Below are positions 26,771 to 38,625 of a DNA stretch of 64,000 nucleotides, piece after piece. The DNA lies in contig NC_068984.1 in the NCBI RefSeq assembly GCF_001194135.2, positions 103,651,845 to 103,715,844 of the forward strand, written 5' to 3'. The stretch comes from Octopus bimaculoides (lineage: Eukaryota). The notes beneath the pieces were generated by a model, which saw nothing but the letters and a program-made list of their open reading frames with translations, did no database searches and was not told where the DNA came from. Every line of letters begins with the position of its first letter. The first letter of the stretch is position 1. The position numbers and the translations under genes were made by a program.

Positions 26771-26772
<2 letters not shown>

Positions 26773-26993
26773 CCATTGATTAATTGTTCAAATTTGAGAG
26801 CTCTTAATTTAAGAAATCACTGATAACTGATCCTCTCGGGTGAACTAGCAAAACATAGAGGCAATGCTGATATGTAGCAGGCCTATTTTAAGATGAATAA
26901 ACAGGCATTAATAAATCAAAATATTCTGAACTGCCATTCTTTATGCTATTTTTCCCATGTTTGAGATTTAATCAACCTAATACAAGGCTTTAA

Positions 26994-27444
26994 CCCTTCT
27001 GGCACTCAGATTACTCTGTCAAATGTAATACTTATTCACATTGATTTAAATACATTATCTCATACCTTTGAGAATTTGATGACTTGGTTATTTTTAGAAT
27101 TGTAGAATAGGTGTGAGGGGCCAAACCTGGCCAATGTGAACATAAATTGGTTGAAAAAAGGGGATTAAATATTTGAAATTATTTGCATTTTATGTCATAT
27201 GTAAACGTAATTCCATAATATTGTTTAACCCTTTAGCGTTCAGATTACTCTGTGAAATGTAAAGCTTATTTGTTCACGTAATTCTGAGTTAATCATACAT
27301 TATCTCATACCTGAGAGATTTTGATGATTCAATTAATTTCAGAATGGCATTGTAGGGTAAGTGTGTGACTAGACCTGGCCAATTTGAACTCACAAAGCAG
27401 GGAGAACACTGGGGCCTGAAATGGCTGGTTTAAATGCTAAATGA
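26994..27444. mobile_element. Two adjacent piggyBac-type MITEs, family P2
   Basis: Copies at about 26994-27163 and 27229-27444, each starting ttaa-ccctt and sharing cagattactctgt...cattatctcatacct...acctggccaat; inverted relative to 20171. Confidence 0.7.
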
Positions 27445-28702
27445 TTAATTCTCATCGAGTTTATCAAATTATTTCTCTTGTAGATTTTTTTTTTTCTCTC
27501 AGTCTTTCCTTTAATGTTTATCTTTAAGTTCCCTGTTGACTGTTAATGTTTAATACACTTTAACTAATTGCAATTCAGCTGACAACTAAAATTTCATTTA
27601 CATTCTTCTGGTATTAAATGTCTGTATTCAGTAGTTATACCTTTTATTTATTGTTTATTCAGTGTCTGTTGGGGGGATACTGGAGTGGCTTTGTTTGTAA
27701 ATATGTTCAAATCTGCTGTAACCTTTTCAATGAGGTTTGGGTAATTTACTTAATTCTACATGGCTTAATTCATTTCATTTAACTTTTAGGGTTAGCTAAC
27801 ATTACCACTTTGTAGTTGAGGAATTAGTGTTTGATTTAATAAACAGGAAAAAAAAAGAACCTTTAAAAATTAATGCAACTTCCTAAATTGAGTTTATTTT
27901 TATTTACATCATCACTGAATTGCCAGGAAAAGTTTCCTCTTGTATAAAATATTTTTAAAAAGCATTGTGTTTTCTCCAGGGAACTTTATGAGAAAAGTGG
28001 CATAATTAAAATGGAACCAACTAAAAGAATTTTTAAAACAAAATAGCTTTGCTGTCCTGAATTAGTGAAATGATAAAGTAAATACTTTAGAATAGATAAA
28101 TCATGCACCGGCTTCTAATTCATTTTTTTTAATTATTTCCAAATAGTCATTGGGCTTTTAATATTTGGCTGTTTTGGTATTTCATGTCTTTACATTCTGA
28201 GTTAAAATTCTGCCGAGGTTTGCCTTTCATCCTTTCGGGATCGATAAATTAAGTACCAGTTGCATACTGGAATCAATCTAATTATTTCCAAAGTAATTAT
28301 ATTGTGTGCTTCTGCTATATGATTTCACAATCATATAGCACAATCATTTGTATGCTCTCTGTTCAGTGTTAATTAAATGGCTCTTGTTTTTAGTGGGTTT
28401 TATTTCTTTTCATTGTAGTATATGAAGGGAAAAATAATTATGTTGCTGGTTGTGTATCCAATGATTTTAGTTATATTTTTGACTCTGTGTGACATATGTT
28501 GTAACATGGTACAAACACATAAGGTCTTGTCTCTGCTCTACAGGATTCAAGTAGCAAAAATAATGTAAACCTGCTGGAAACAGACTCACAACTTCTGTGA
28601 ATTCTTTCTGTTTTGTAGCCTCACATTCTCTACATCTTCATTTCCACACCTTCATAATTGCATGAGTTCTCCATTTTTAAGTTATGCTGTTATCTACTGG
28701 AA

Positions 28703-28740
<38 letters not shown>

Positions 28741-28764
28741 TGTGTTTGTAGTGTATGTGTGTAC

Positions 28765-29172
28765 TCTTTTATTCTTCTTTCTCTTGTTTCAGTCATTTGA
28801 CTGCAACCATGCTGGAGAACTACCTTAAAGGGATTTTTAGTTGAAGAAATCGACCCCAGGATTTATTTGCAAGCCAGTACTTATTTTATTGGTCTCTTTT
28901 GCTGAACTGCTAAGTTACAGGAGATGTAAACACACCAGCATCGATTGTCAAGTGATGGTGGTGGGAACAAACACAAAGCCACACTCACATAGATATATAA
29001 ACATACATACATATACGATGGGCTTCTTTCAGTTTTCATCTACCAAATCCTCTCACAAGGCTTTGGTCAGCCCAAGGCTATAGTAGAAGACACTTGCCCA
29101 AGGTCCCATGCAGTGGGACTGAACCTTGAACCATGTGGCTGGAAACCAAGCTTCTTACTGCTCATCATGCCT
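28765..29172 (-). mobile_element. Full-length SINE family A
   Basis: Tail gtttcagtcatttgactgcaaccatgctgg, internal (AC/AT) run, head cagtgggactgaacc...cttcttact. Confidence 0.82.
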
Positions 29173-29554
29173 GCATCTATATATTCTTTTAATTACTATA
29201 TATGTATATGTAATCATCTTTTAATGTCGGTCTTACATGTTGGTATAGGTTGGTTGGTTCACTAGGATCTGACGAGTTACAGAGGGCTGCATCATGCTCC
29301 AGTGTCTTCTTTGATATGGTTTCTACAGTTTGATGTCCTTCATAACACTAGTCTAGAAAGGGTACTGGATGCTTTTTTGTGTATCATGTAGCTTAGAAAA
29401 ATAAAAGCCTCCTTGACTAAGTAAGAATGTAGTAGAGAAACAGGCAATTGAGGGTTAAAACCCTTTGAAGCAGTGCTACAGCATGGACGCTGTCAAATTA
29501 CAAAGAATATATATGTATACGCACACACACAACATGTATGTATTTATACATATA

Positions 29555-29885
29555 TATGGCCATGTGGTTAAGAAGTTAGCTTCTCAACCACATGGTTTTG
29601 GGTTCAGTCCCATTGCATGACAGCTTGAGTAAGTCACTTCTACTGTAGCCCCAAGTCAGTCAAAGTTTTGCAAGTGGATACTTGTAAACCAGTGTCACTG
29701 TTGTATAAACGGTGTTGGTTTGTTTCCAATCATCGATGTAAACTTGTTCTGTCATGGGGAAATAGTAGCTTGTTTGGAAACAGAAAGGGCATCTGCCATA
29801 GAAAATCTGCTTCAACAAATTCCATTGTTCCCATGCAAGCATTGAAAGTTTGGATGTTAAAAATTGAGATGATAATTATGATGGC
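29555..29885 (+). mobile_element. SINE family A2 (A head, RTE-type tail)
   Basis: ggccatgtggttaagaagttagcttctcaaccacatgg...ccccaagtcagtcaaag, then ...cccatgcaagcattgaaagtttggatgttaaaa. Confidence 0.65.
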
Positions 29886-30624
29886 AAAAAAATAAAAGCT
29901 GAATGAATCAAGACTCCCTTCTAAGTACAGTGAAGGCTAAAATCTGTAGATGAAGGTAACAACTCCGGGATTATGGTAGGAACAGGAACAAAGGGATGGA
30001 GAGGGATTAGTAGTATCAGAGATTACTGAGAAAGAGACAGTAATAGAATAATAATTCCTTCACTTCTTCTTTATAACATTGCATCCAGGCTGTGGAATTA
30101 TTCTCTCTTCTGTAATAACTTATTAGGTAATGGTTAAGTTAAATTGCTTATTTTTTGCTTTTAGTATTCTATATTTCTAATGAAATATCAGGGGAAACGA
30201 ATGTAACTATAGTGTAGCAAGATGTTTGGTTGTGTTGGCAGAATTAGTACTATCCTATACTATAATGGAAAGTATGGACTGAAGGTGTGAAGGAAAGTGG
30301 GACATAAATGAGGGTGGCAAGGATCTGGAGTGAGCCATTGAAGGAAAGAAAGGTGTAGAGGTTGTAGGCTTGTGAGTGGGAGATAAGAAGGGTTTTCGGG
30401 AGGCAGAGGACAGAGGAAACCAAACATTAGATGAGTGCAGTAAGAGCATTAGGGGAAAGAGAGATGGGAGGAAAGCAGAGCATGAAAGTAAAGGAAGCTT
30501 CCTAGGTAGGGGAGGAGGACCATAGAAAGACCACAATAAGAGAAAAATATCGGATGGTACCCTAGAGGTGTAAGGGTTGGTAGTGAGGTAAAGACAAGGT
30601 GTTGTTTGGCAATATAAGATGAAA

Positions 30625-30780
30625 GGCAAAGTCACCTAGGTCGACTTTGCCTTTCATCTTTTCGGAGTCGATTAAATAAGTACCAGTTATGCACTGGGGT
30701 CGAGTAACCAACTTAATCCCTTTGTCTGTCCTTGTTTGTCCCCTCTGTGTTTAGCCCCCTGTGGGCAATAAAGAAATATG
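30625..30780 (+). mobile_element. Young 5'-truncated family B SINE with an alternative tail
   Basis: B body gtcgactttgcctttcatc...aagtaccagtt with CpGs retained; tail ccccctgtgggcaataaagaaata differs from the other B copies. Confidence 0.7.
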
Positions 30781-31687
30781 ATTGACTACCAGCCCCAGGA
30801 GTGAGTATGCTGGTTGGTAGTACAGCAGGACTAAGCTAGTGTCCTGGGTAGGAGGGTGAGGGTGGTCCAATGCAGTCACTTATATGTTGGTCTTAGAGGA
30901 TTATAGGTCAGGGTGGCATGGCTGATGTGGCCTGCCCAGCTGGTGGTGGTATGATGAAACAGGAGTCATGAATGATACAAAGTGGGTAGAGTTTGCTAGG
31001 GAACATTTTTTTTTAAATGAATGTATAGCCTTACTAATAACTACATTATTCTGTGTAAGAACTCCAAACAAAAACTGATAGTTTACCATTTTTATTTCAG
31101 AATCCAACTCTCTAGCTGTCTACCAGCATATTTCATGGAAGTTCAACAGTCTATTAGGGAGGGAAATGGAAGTTTACAACAGTATGTTTAGGATGGTAGA
31201 TTAGACCAAAGGTATCCAGAGGTACCTGCCACTTGATAGCTGGCCCCAGTGTATGGAAATTATTTCAATAAACAAATGTGAGTTTTCCAAACAAAGTTAG
31301 TCTGGGCCACTGGTAAAATAAAATGTAGTTTATTACCTTCATAAAAATTAATAGACTCTAATTCAAACATTTTCTTTCGTGTCCATTTGATTTTGAAGTG
31401 ACTGCTGTTTACAGCAGTCAGTATGTATGTAAAGTTGTTCCATATGCTACAGCCTTTATCCCAGGGAGACAACTCAATATTAACAGCTGTGACTAGTGAA
31501 AGAATGTCTTTGGTTTGAGTGGTAGATGTAAAATAACAAAAAGAAGCAAACAAAATATAAAATCCGTGACAAAGAGTTCCTGAATCTCTGGATGTGTATT
31601 ATTACTGTATTTGGCAGAGATCTGTAATTCTATTAGTAGACTACAAAGGTGGATGGAACAAATGGAAAAGTTGCAGATCAAAGTTTG

Positions 31688-32410
31688 AAAATATATAACC
31701 GCCACACCCTAGCAGTTGAGGGGAAGAGGTAGACCCAGGAAGACCTGGGATGAGGTGGTGAAGCACGACCTTTGAACATTAGGCCTCATCGAGGCAATGA
31801 CTTGTGACCGAGACCTTTGGAAATATGCTGTGCATGAGAAGACCCGGCAAGCCAAGTGAGACCATAATCCGAGGCCTCTGCCAGGGGTGTAGCCAGCCCA
31901 CTTATGCATACCTTTCCTTTATTGGACACTAAACTCCACTTACGAAGACCTGTTGAGGCAAGTGAAATCGAAACCGAACCAAATACGACGACTGGCACCC
32001 ATGTCAACCTCTCCTTCATTGGACACTAAACTCCGCTTGTGAAGACCTGTTGGGCAAGTGAAAGCGAAATCGTGATGGCACCTGTACCAGTTGAGCGCTA
32101 AGAGCACCGTCCGAGCATGATCGTTGCCAGAGCAGCTGTCTGGCTTCCATGCCAGTGCCACATAAATAGCACCATTTGAGCGTGATCGTTACCAGCGTNN
32201 NNNNNNNNTGACTGGCCGACGTGCCGGTGGCACGTAAAAGCACCCACTACACTCTCGGAGTGGTTGGTGTTAGCAAGGGCATCCAGCTGTAGAAACTCTG
32301 TCAAATCAGATTGGAGCCTGGTGTAGCAATCTGGTTCGCCAGTCCTCAGTCAAATCGTCCAACCCATGCTAGCATGGAAAGCGGACGTTAAACAATGATG
32401 ATGATGATAT
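31688..32410 (+). mobile_element. RTE-clade LINE 3' end (ORF C-terminus plus 3' UTR); contains a 10-N gap
   Basis: Encodes (G)RGRPRKTWDEVVKHDL*TLGL...DRDLWKYAVHEKTRQAK*. The UTR has an approximately 90-bp duplication (cattggacactaaactcc...gaagacctgttg) and ends gcggacgttaaacaatgatgatgatgat. Confidence 0.8.
32199..32208. other. Assembly gap (10 N)
   Basis: N run. Confidence 1.
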
Positions 32411-32413
32411 ATA

Positions 32414-32740
32414 TGGCTGTGGTGAGAAGCTTGCTTTCAACAACATGGCACTGAGTTCAGTTCCACCATGTGACACCTTGGGCAAGTGTCTTCTACTTGC
32501 TTTGGACCAACCAAAGCCTTGTGAGTTGATTTGGTAAGCAGAAACTGAAAGAAGCTTATTGTGTGTGTGTCTGTCTGTCTGTCTGTTTGCCTCCCACCAC
32601 TGCTTGACAACTGGTGTTGGTGTATTTATATCCATGTAACTTAGCAGTTCAGCAAAAAGACTGATAGAATAAGTATAGGGGGTCGATTCATTTGACTAAA
32701 GCGTAGCTACACTCTAATGACTGAAACAAGTAAAAGATAA
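32414..32740 (+). mobile_element. Full-length SINE family A
   Basis: tggctgtggtgagaagcttgc head to ctaatgactgaaacaagtaaaag tail; abuts the RTE (GAT)n tail. Confidence 0.8.
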
Positions 32741-32934
32741 AGATATATATAAAATTATTAAAGTGAAAGAAATTCCTCATCTTTATTGAAAAATATTAAA
32801 CTGACGAGGATTTCCATTTCTGCAAAAGTTTGTTAAATATTAGCATTACTGATTTTTAGTTCAAACTGCATCAATTTTAAAATAGGGCGACTGTTTTCAA
32901 TTTATTCCATGTTTGTGTCAGTTTATTCCTAAAA

Positions 32935-33143
32935 CCTTTTAACATTCAGATTACTCTTTATTCACATTGTCTTGAATTAATCATGCATTGTCTCATAGCT
33001 TCAAGATTTCAATGATCTGATTGTTTATTTTTAGCATAACCTGGTAGAGTAGGTGTGGGAGGCTGGATCTCACTGGCTGATTTTGAACATAAAACAAGTA
33101 GAATATTAGGACTGGATATGGTCAGTTTAAATGCTTGAAAATA
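32935..33143. mobile_element. Degenerate piggyBac-type MITE, family P2
   Basis: cattcagattactc...tcatgcattgtctcatagct...ggtcagtttaaatgct, similar to 27229-27444. Confidence 0.5.
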
Positions 33144-34293
33144 AATTTTAAAGAATACCGTTTCTGGACTCTTGTAAGATTTAAAATATTTTTGCTTCAA
33201 AGGTTTGACTGCATTAGCATTTACTGTAACATTCATGGTGATAAGAATTATAATACTTTCTATTTCTGTCTGATACTGTTCTTATTCCTTTTTATTACTA
33301 CATTTTATCTGAAGAAATTTCTTTGATTATTAATATAATAAAAGGTGAGATATGGTGTTGGACTAGCTTCATGGATTGCAAGATCAAACTCACAGCTGGT
33401 ATTTCTTTTTGTTTCTGAGACAAGCACTTTTAATGCACCTCAGCTCACCTGGCCATCAGAAGTCTGTAGACTGCAAAAGTTTTGCCGCATTTACTTAATG
33501 TTTGAAAGTACACTGAAGCAATTTCACTTAAAAGTCTTTTAAATTGTCATAAGCTGTCCACTGACATCTTTTTATAAAGTATCTTGTACTACAGAATTGG
33601 TCTATTACATGTTCATACATCATATGATATTTGTTGAATAATTATTACAGTTCCTCAGTGATCATAATTCCTTCACTTCTTTATAGCATTGCATCCAGGC
33701 TGTGGAATTATTCTCTATTCTGTAATAACTTATTAGGTAATGGTTAAGTTGAATTATGTATTTTTTGCTTTTAGTGTTCTATATTTCTAATGAAATATCA
33801 GGGGAAACAAATGTAACTATAGTGTAGCAATATAAGAAATCTATACAGATATCTTCAAAGTTATTTAAGCATGAATTCTGTAGTAAAGATTTTAACAAAA
33901 ACAGGATATCAATATAGAACATTAAGTAAATAGCTACCAAAAATCAAAACTGGCTCAGTCTGAGCAGTGAACTATCAGATAAAAAAATAAGCAGTTTGTA
34001 TTGTCATCAATATTGTACTGTTTGCGGCCAGAATATTTAATTCTGCTTAGTTCATCAGGATAGAATTAGGTACACAGATCATTGTTGTGAATAGAAGCAC
34101 TGTAAAATTGACAATCTTTTATTAGCTTACATCTCATCTCATAGGTGTGGCTTGAAAACAGACAACCACCACTCCCTATATAAATTGTATAAAGATATAT
34201 TTTTGTAGCATCCTTATATCTCAATTTGCTATTTGTGAATTAATCAAGTGGGGTTGTAATTAGTAGTTGTATCTCATCATTATCATTCTAGTT

Positions 34294-34978
34294 CAGTGGT
34301 TCTCAGCTTTTATTTTTGCCTATGAACCCCTTTGACTCCTATTTTATTCAGATGACCTCCCCCCCCCCCCNNNNNNNNNNNNNNNNNNNNNNNNNNNNNN
34401 NNNNNNNNNNNNNNNNNNNNNNNNNNNNNNNNNNACACACACACACACCCTAACCATTTTAGGTTATAAAAATCTTCAATTTCTATAATTGAATATTATT
34501 AGAAATTATATTAACAAAAAAATTATTTTGTGTAGTGTAGCAGTATAGCTAATTTTTTCTTTATCTTTGTTTCAATCATTAGACTGCGGCCATGCTGGGG
34601 CACAGCCTTGAAGAATTTTAGTTGAACATTTTAACCCCAGTACTTATTTTTTTAGTAAAGCCTGGTACTTATTCTGTTGGTTTCTTCTGCCAAACTGCTA
34701 AGTTACAGGGGCATAAACAAACCAACACCAGTTGTCAAGTGGTGAGAGGGGAGGCATACACATGCACACACAATGGATTTCTTTCAGTTTCTTTCTACCA
34801 AATATACTCAGAAGGCTCTGGTCAGCCTGGGACAATAGCAGAAGACACTTGCCTGAGGTGCCATGCAGTGGGACTGAACTTGGGACAATGTGGTTGGAAA
34901 GCAAGCTTCTTACTACACAGCCACGCCTGCACATAAATTTTAACAAAGTCTTATCTGGACCCTGGTTGAGAACCACTG
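34294..34978. mobile_element. hAT (Charlie-like) MITE with nested family A SINE and a 64-N gap
   Basis: TIRs CAGTGGTTCTCA / TGAGAACCACTG; 8-bp TSD ttctagtt/atctagtt with TCTAG core; minus-strand SINE at about 34560-34930; gap 34371-34434. Confidence 0.8.
34371..34434. other. Assembly gap (64 N)
   Basis: N run between poly-C and (AC)n. Confidence 1.
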
Positions 34979-35611
34979 ATCTAGTTTAACAGGTTTTTTT
35001 TTTATTTCTCCAGGTTGTGCATGGTTTTGGAGTTATGACTACTTTATAAAACTGTCTACGAAATACTTTGATTTCATTGTCTTAAATATCTCCTTATTAC
35101 TTATTTATTAAGCAGTATGTTTACACAATTAAATGCTATAGTATTTAACATTTATATGAAGCAACAAGTTATATTAAAACTGCTGGATTACATTGGAGTT
35201 TCCTTCTAAAAACTAATTACTGCTTCTACAGTTAATTTCTGATAAATTCCTAATGTTCACTAATATTTATCTTAGAGATAAACAATAGAATAACTTTTTT
35301 TTCTTTTTTTTTTTCTTCAATTTAGTATTTCTTTAAGATACATAGTTTTTAAAATTGCTTGAATCTTACAATCAGAGCATTATTTTGGTTTCCTCAAAAT
35401 ACAGTTTGGTTTGTGTATACAAATTGTTGTTTAACTACCTCAGGTTATTCTTATTAAGCTAAGGTTTTCCATCTATAACCATTTCTCTTTTTTCCCAGTT
35501 CATTTTTGTGACATTAAAGTATTATTTGGGAGAGATTTAGTTGCTATATCTAGCTAATCAAGTAATCGTGGTGGCTTCTCTGTTAGCTGCCTTGTATAGA
35601 TTAATGTTCCT

Positions 35612-35985
35612 TATCTTATTTTTTGTTTCAGTCATTGATCTACAGCCATACTGGGGCACTGCTTTGAAGCATCTTAGGTGAATGAATCATCCCAGTGCTT
35701 ATTTTTAGAGCCTCAATCTCTTATACTGAACTACTAAGTTATTGGGGACGTAAACAGACCAACACCAGTTGTCAAGTGGTGATGGAGAACACAAACACAC
35801 ACACACACACATGCACATATGGTGGGCTCCTCTTTCAACTTCCCCCTGCCAAATCCACTCACAAGGCTTTGGTCAGCCCAGGGCTATAGTGGAAAATACT
35901 TGTCCAAGGCATCACACAGTGGGACTGAACCTGAAATCATGTGATTGAGAAGCAAACCTCCTACCACACAGTCACATCTTCACCT
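35612..35985 (-). mobile_element. Full-length SINE family A
   Basis: gtttcagtcattg...gccatactggggcactgc tail, (AC)n, head gggactgaacc...ctaccacacagtcac. Confidence 0.8.
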
Positions 35986-36262
35986 AGGTCTTGGCTTCAC
36001 GTATTAACCAGCCTGAGTCTGAATAATTGGTAAATTTTAATTCTTGGAATATCTTCTTGTACTCGTATAGTTTTGAGCAAATTGAGACTCTTAAATTTCA
36101 TCCTTGTCTGCAGTTACCTTTGTTGAAGCTGCTATTGGTGTCTTTCAAAATATCACATGAAGCTGGTGGGTGGTCACACCAGTCAATTTGAAAGTCATTT
36201 ACTCCTAATTTCCATCCCATTTCATTTGGGGAAGGAGTTTCTAATATTTCCTCCACACTGGG

Positions 36263-37020
36263 GTGAAATATACCTATCTCATAATTAGCACAGATTATGT
36301 GAAATAGACCTGATAATTAGTGCAGATTATGTGAAATAGACCTGATAATTAACGCAGATTATGTGAAATAGACCTGATAATTAACGCAGATTATGTGAAA
36401 TAGACCTGATAATTAACGCAGATTATGTGAAATAGACCTGATAATTAGTGCAGATTATGTGAAATAGACCTGATAGTTAGCACAGATTATGTGAAATAGA
36501 CCTGATAATTAGCACAGATTATGTGAAATAGACCTGATAATTAACGCAGATTATGTGAAATAGACCTGATAATTAGTGCAGATTATATGAAATAGACCTG
36601 ATAATTAACACAGATTATGTGAAATAGACATGCCTGATAATTAGCGTAGATTATGTTAAATAGACATGCCTGATAATTAGTGTAGATTATGTGAAATAGA
36701 CATGCCTGATAATTAGTGTAGATTATGTTAAATAGACATGCCTGATAATTAGCGTAGATTATGTTAAATAGACATGCCTGATAATTAGCATAGAGTATGT
36801 TAAATAGACATGCCTGATAATTAGCGTAGATTATGTTAAATAGACATGATTGATAATTAGCGTAGATTATGTAAAAATAGACATGCCTGATAATTAGCGT
36901 AGATTATGTAAAAATAGACATGCCTGATAATTAGTGTAGATTATGTTAAATAGACATGCCTGATAATTAGCGTAGATTATGTAAAAATAGACATGCCTGA
37001 TAATTAGTGTAGATTATGTG
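36263..37020. repeat. Minisatellite: about 10 x 32-bp units then about 11 x 36/37-bp units
   Basis: Unit gtgaaatagacctgataattagtgcagattat recurs at 36301, 36333, ... 36589 (period 32); from 36621 an ATGC insertion gives period 36. Confidence 0.95.
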
Positions 37021-37054
37021 TAATATAGTTTATAGATTGTGTAATATAAACATA

Positions 37055-37450
37055 GGCATGACTGTGAGGTTGCAAAGCTTGCTTCCCAAGCATGTGGTTT
37101 CAGGTTCAATCCCACTGCATTGCACCTTGAGCAAGTGTCTTCTACTAAAGTCCTGAGCCAACCAAAGCTTTGTAAGTGGGTTTGGTAGAAAGAAACTGAA
37201 AAATAGCCCATTGTGTGTGTGTACTCTTATCTTGATATATGATGATTGTAAATGAGCATCACCATCACACAAGCAATGTTCATTTCCAGTCTTCCATGAA
37301 AAACCTGTCTGACCATGGAAAATATTACCCAGCTTGGAAATCGGTGAGGGTTGGCAACTGGTAGCTCATCCAGCTGAAAATCTACCTCAGCAAAAGTTCA
37401 TCTGACCCAAATAAGCATAGTAAAATGGACATTAAAGGATGGTGGTGATA
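37055..37450 (+). mobile_element. SINE family A2 (A head, (GT)n, RTE-type tail)
   Basis: ggcatgactgtgaggttgcaaagcttgcttcccaag...ggttcaatccc head; tail gacccaaataagcatagtaaaatggacattaaaggatggtggtgat. Confidence 0.72.
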
Positions 37451-38419
37451 TGTGAAATAAACCTACCTGATCATCAGTATCTATTGTGTTAAATAGACCT
37501 TCTTGTTAATTGTTAGATGACAGTAGTTTGTAGGTGCAAAGGATGAGTGTAGTTGTCATAACATGATTATCCCATCAGTAATCCAAATACTTATTATAGT
37601 TGAATCTGCAACAACTTTATTTTCCACTGCAGACTCTTGAGTGTACTTGTGTAACATTATGTTGGCCTTAACCAGGGTACCTTGTTCTGTGATAAAATTT
37701 AGTGGTAATGAGCCATTATAGCAAGTCTTGAGTTAAATATCAATGCTTCACATGTTTACAATGAAAACCAACCTTGCACACTGTTTAACCTTCAATGTCA
37801 CTAACTTTCTTTGTCACTGTCTTTTGTATTATTTTCTTTGTTTTGTTACTTCAAATACTGTAAGATTCTGACACTTGATTGGGTTGCAGAAAGCTTTGTT
37901 TTCTGTTTCACTCTTTAAAAAAAAGGATGGATGTAAAGCTATGAACAAGAAATACTTCTGCATCTAACAAGTTTCACTTCACCTTATCTAGCACAACAAA
38001 ACCTGAAGACAGATGTTAGAGATCAAATACATTAATACTACCATACATCATACAAATAATGTCTCATCCTTCTCATCACACACAATCTTACTCTGGCCTA
38101 GATGTCTCCTTCATCTTTCTATATCTTCTTGTCTTGCCATTATTCTGTTCCATTACTATTTATTTGAATGGCAGAATATACATTCCTCTGGTGGGAAATA
38201 TGACACATCCCCACTTTTTTCACTCGCTTTTAACTTCAAACTGTAGGCTATGAATTTCTGGTGTCTCTCCTACATCCTGAAATGTAACTAGTTCACCATA
38301 TAGTTGGGCTCATGCCTCTCCCCTCACCTGCACAATGTAACATTTTGAAAGATATTAAAGGAAGACAGTATGTTATGTGGAGATATATATTTCTGTTGAG
38401 GTGTAGCTATTGATTACAA

Positions 38420-38625
38420 TCCATCATCATTTAATATCCATGGTACATGCTGGCATAGGTTGGATGGTTTTGCAGTATCTGATGAGAGCAAGGACTACAT
38501 ATGCTCAGAATATCTGCTTTGGCATGGTTTCTGAGGCTGGATATACCTCCTATGCCAACCACTTTACAGCATGTACTAGGAGCTTTTTTTTTTTTCCATG
38601 CCACCAGCACTAATGAAGGTCATCA
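38420..38625 (-). mobile_element. RTE LINE 3' UTR fragment
   Basis: catcatcatttaatatcc...gctggcataggttggatggtttt...gccaaccactttacag...tgccaccagcac. Confidence 0.65.

Noticed and set aside
30255-31000. Proline/serine-rich 126-aa minus ORF and purine-skewed region
   Set aside because: Compositional ORF; possibly a very old LINE endonuclease remnant, but no motif could be assigned with confidence.
36263-37020. CRISPR-like regularly spaced ~32-36-bp repeats
   Set aside because: Units are contiguous with no unique spacers, there are no cas genes and the context is eukaryotic; it is a minisatellite.
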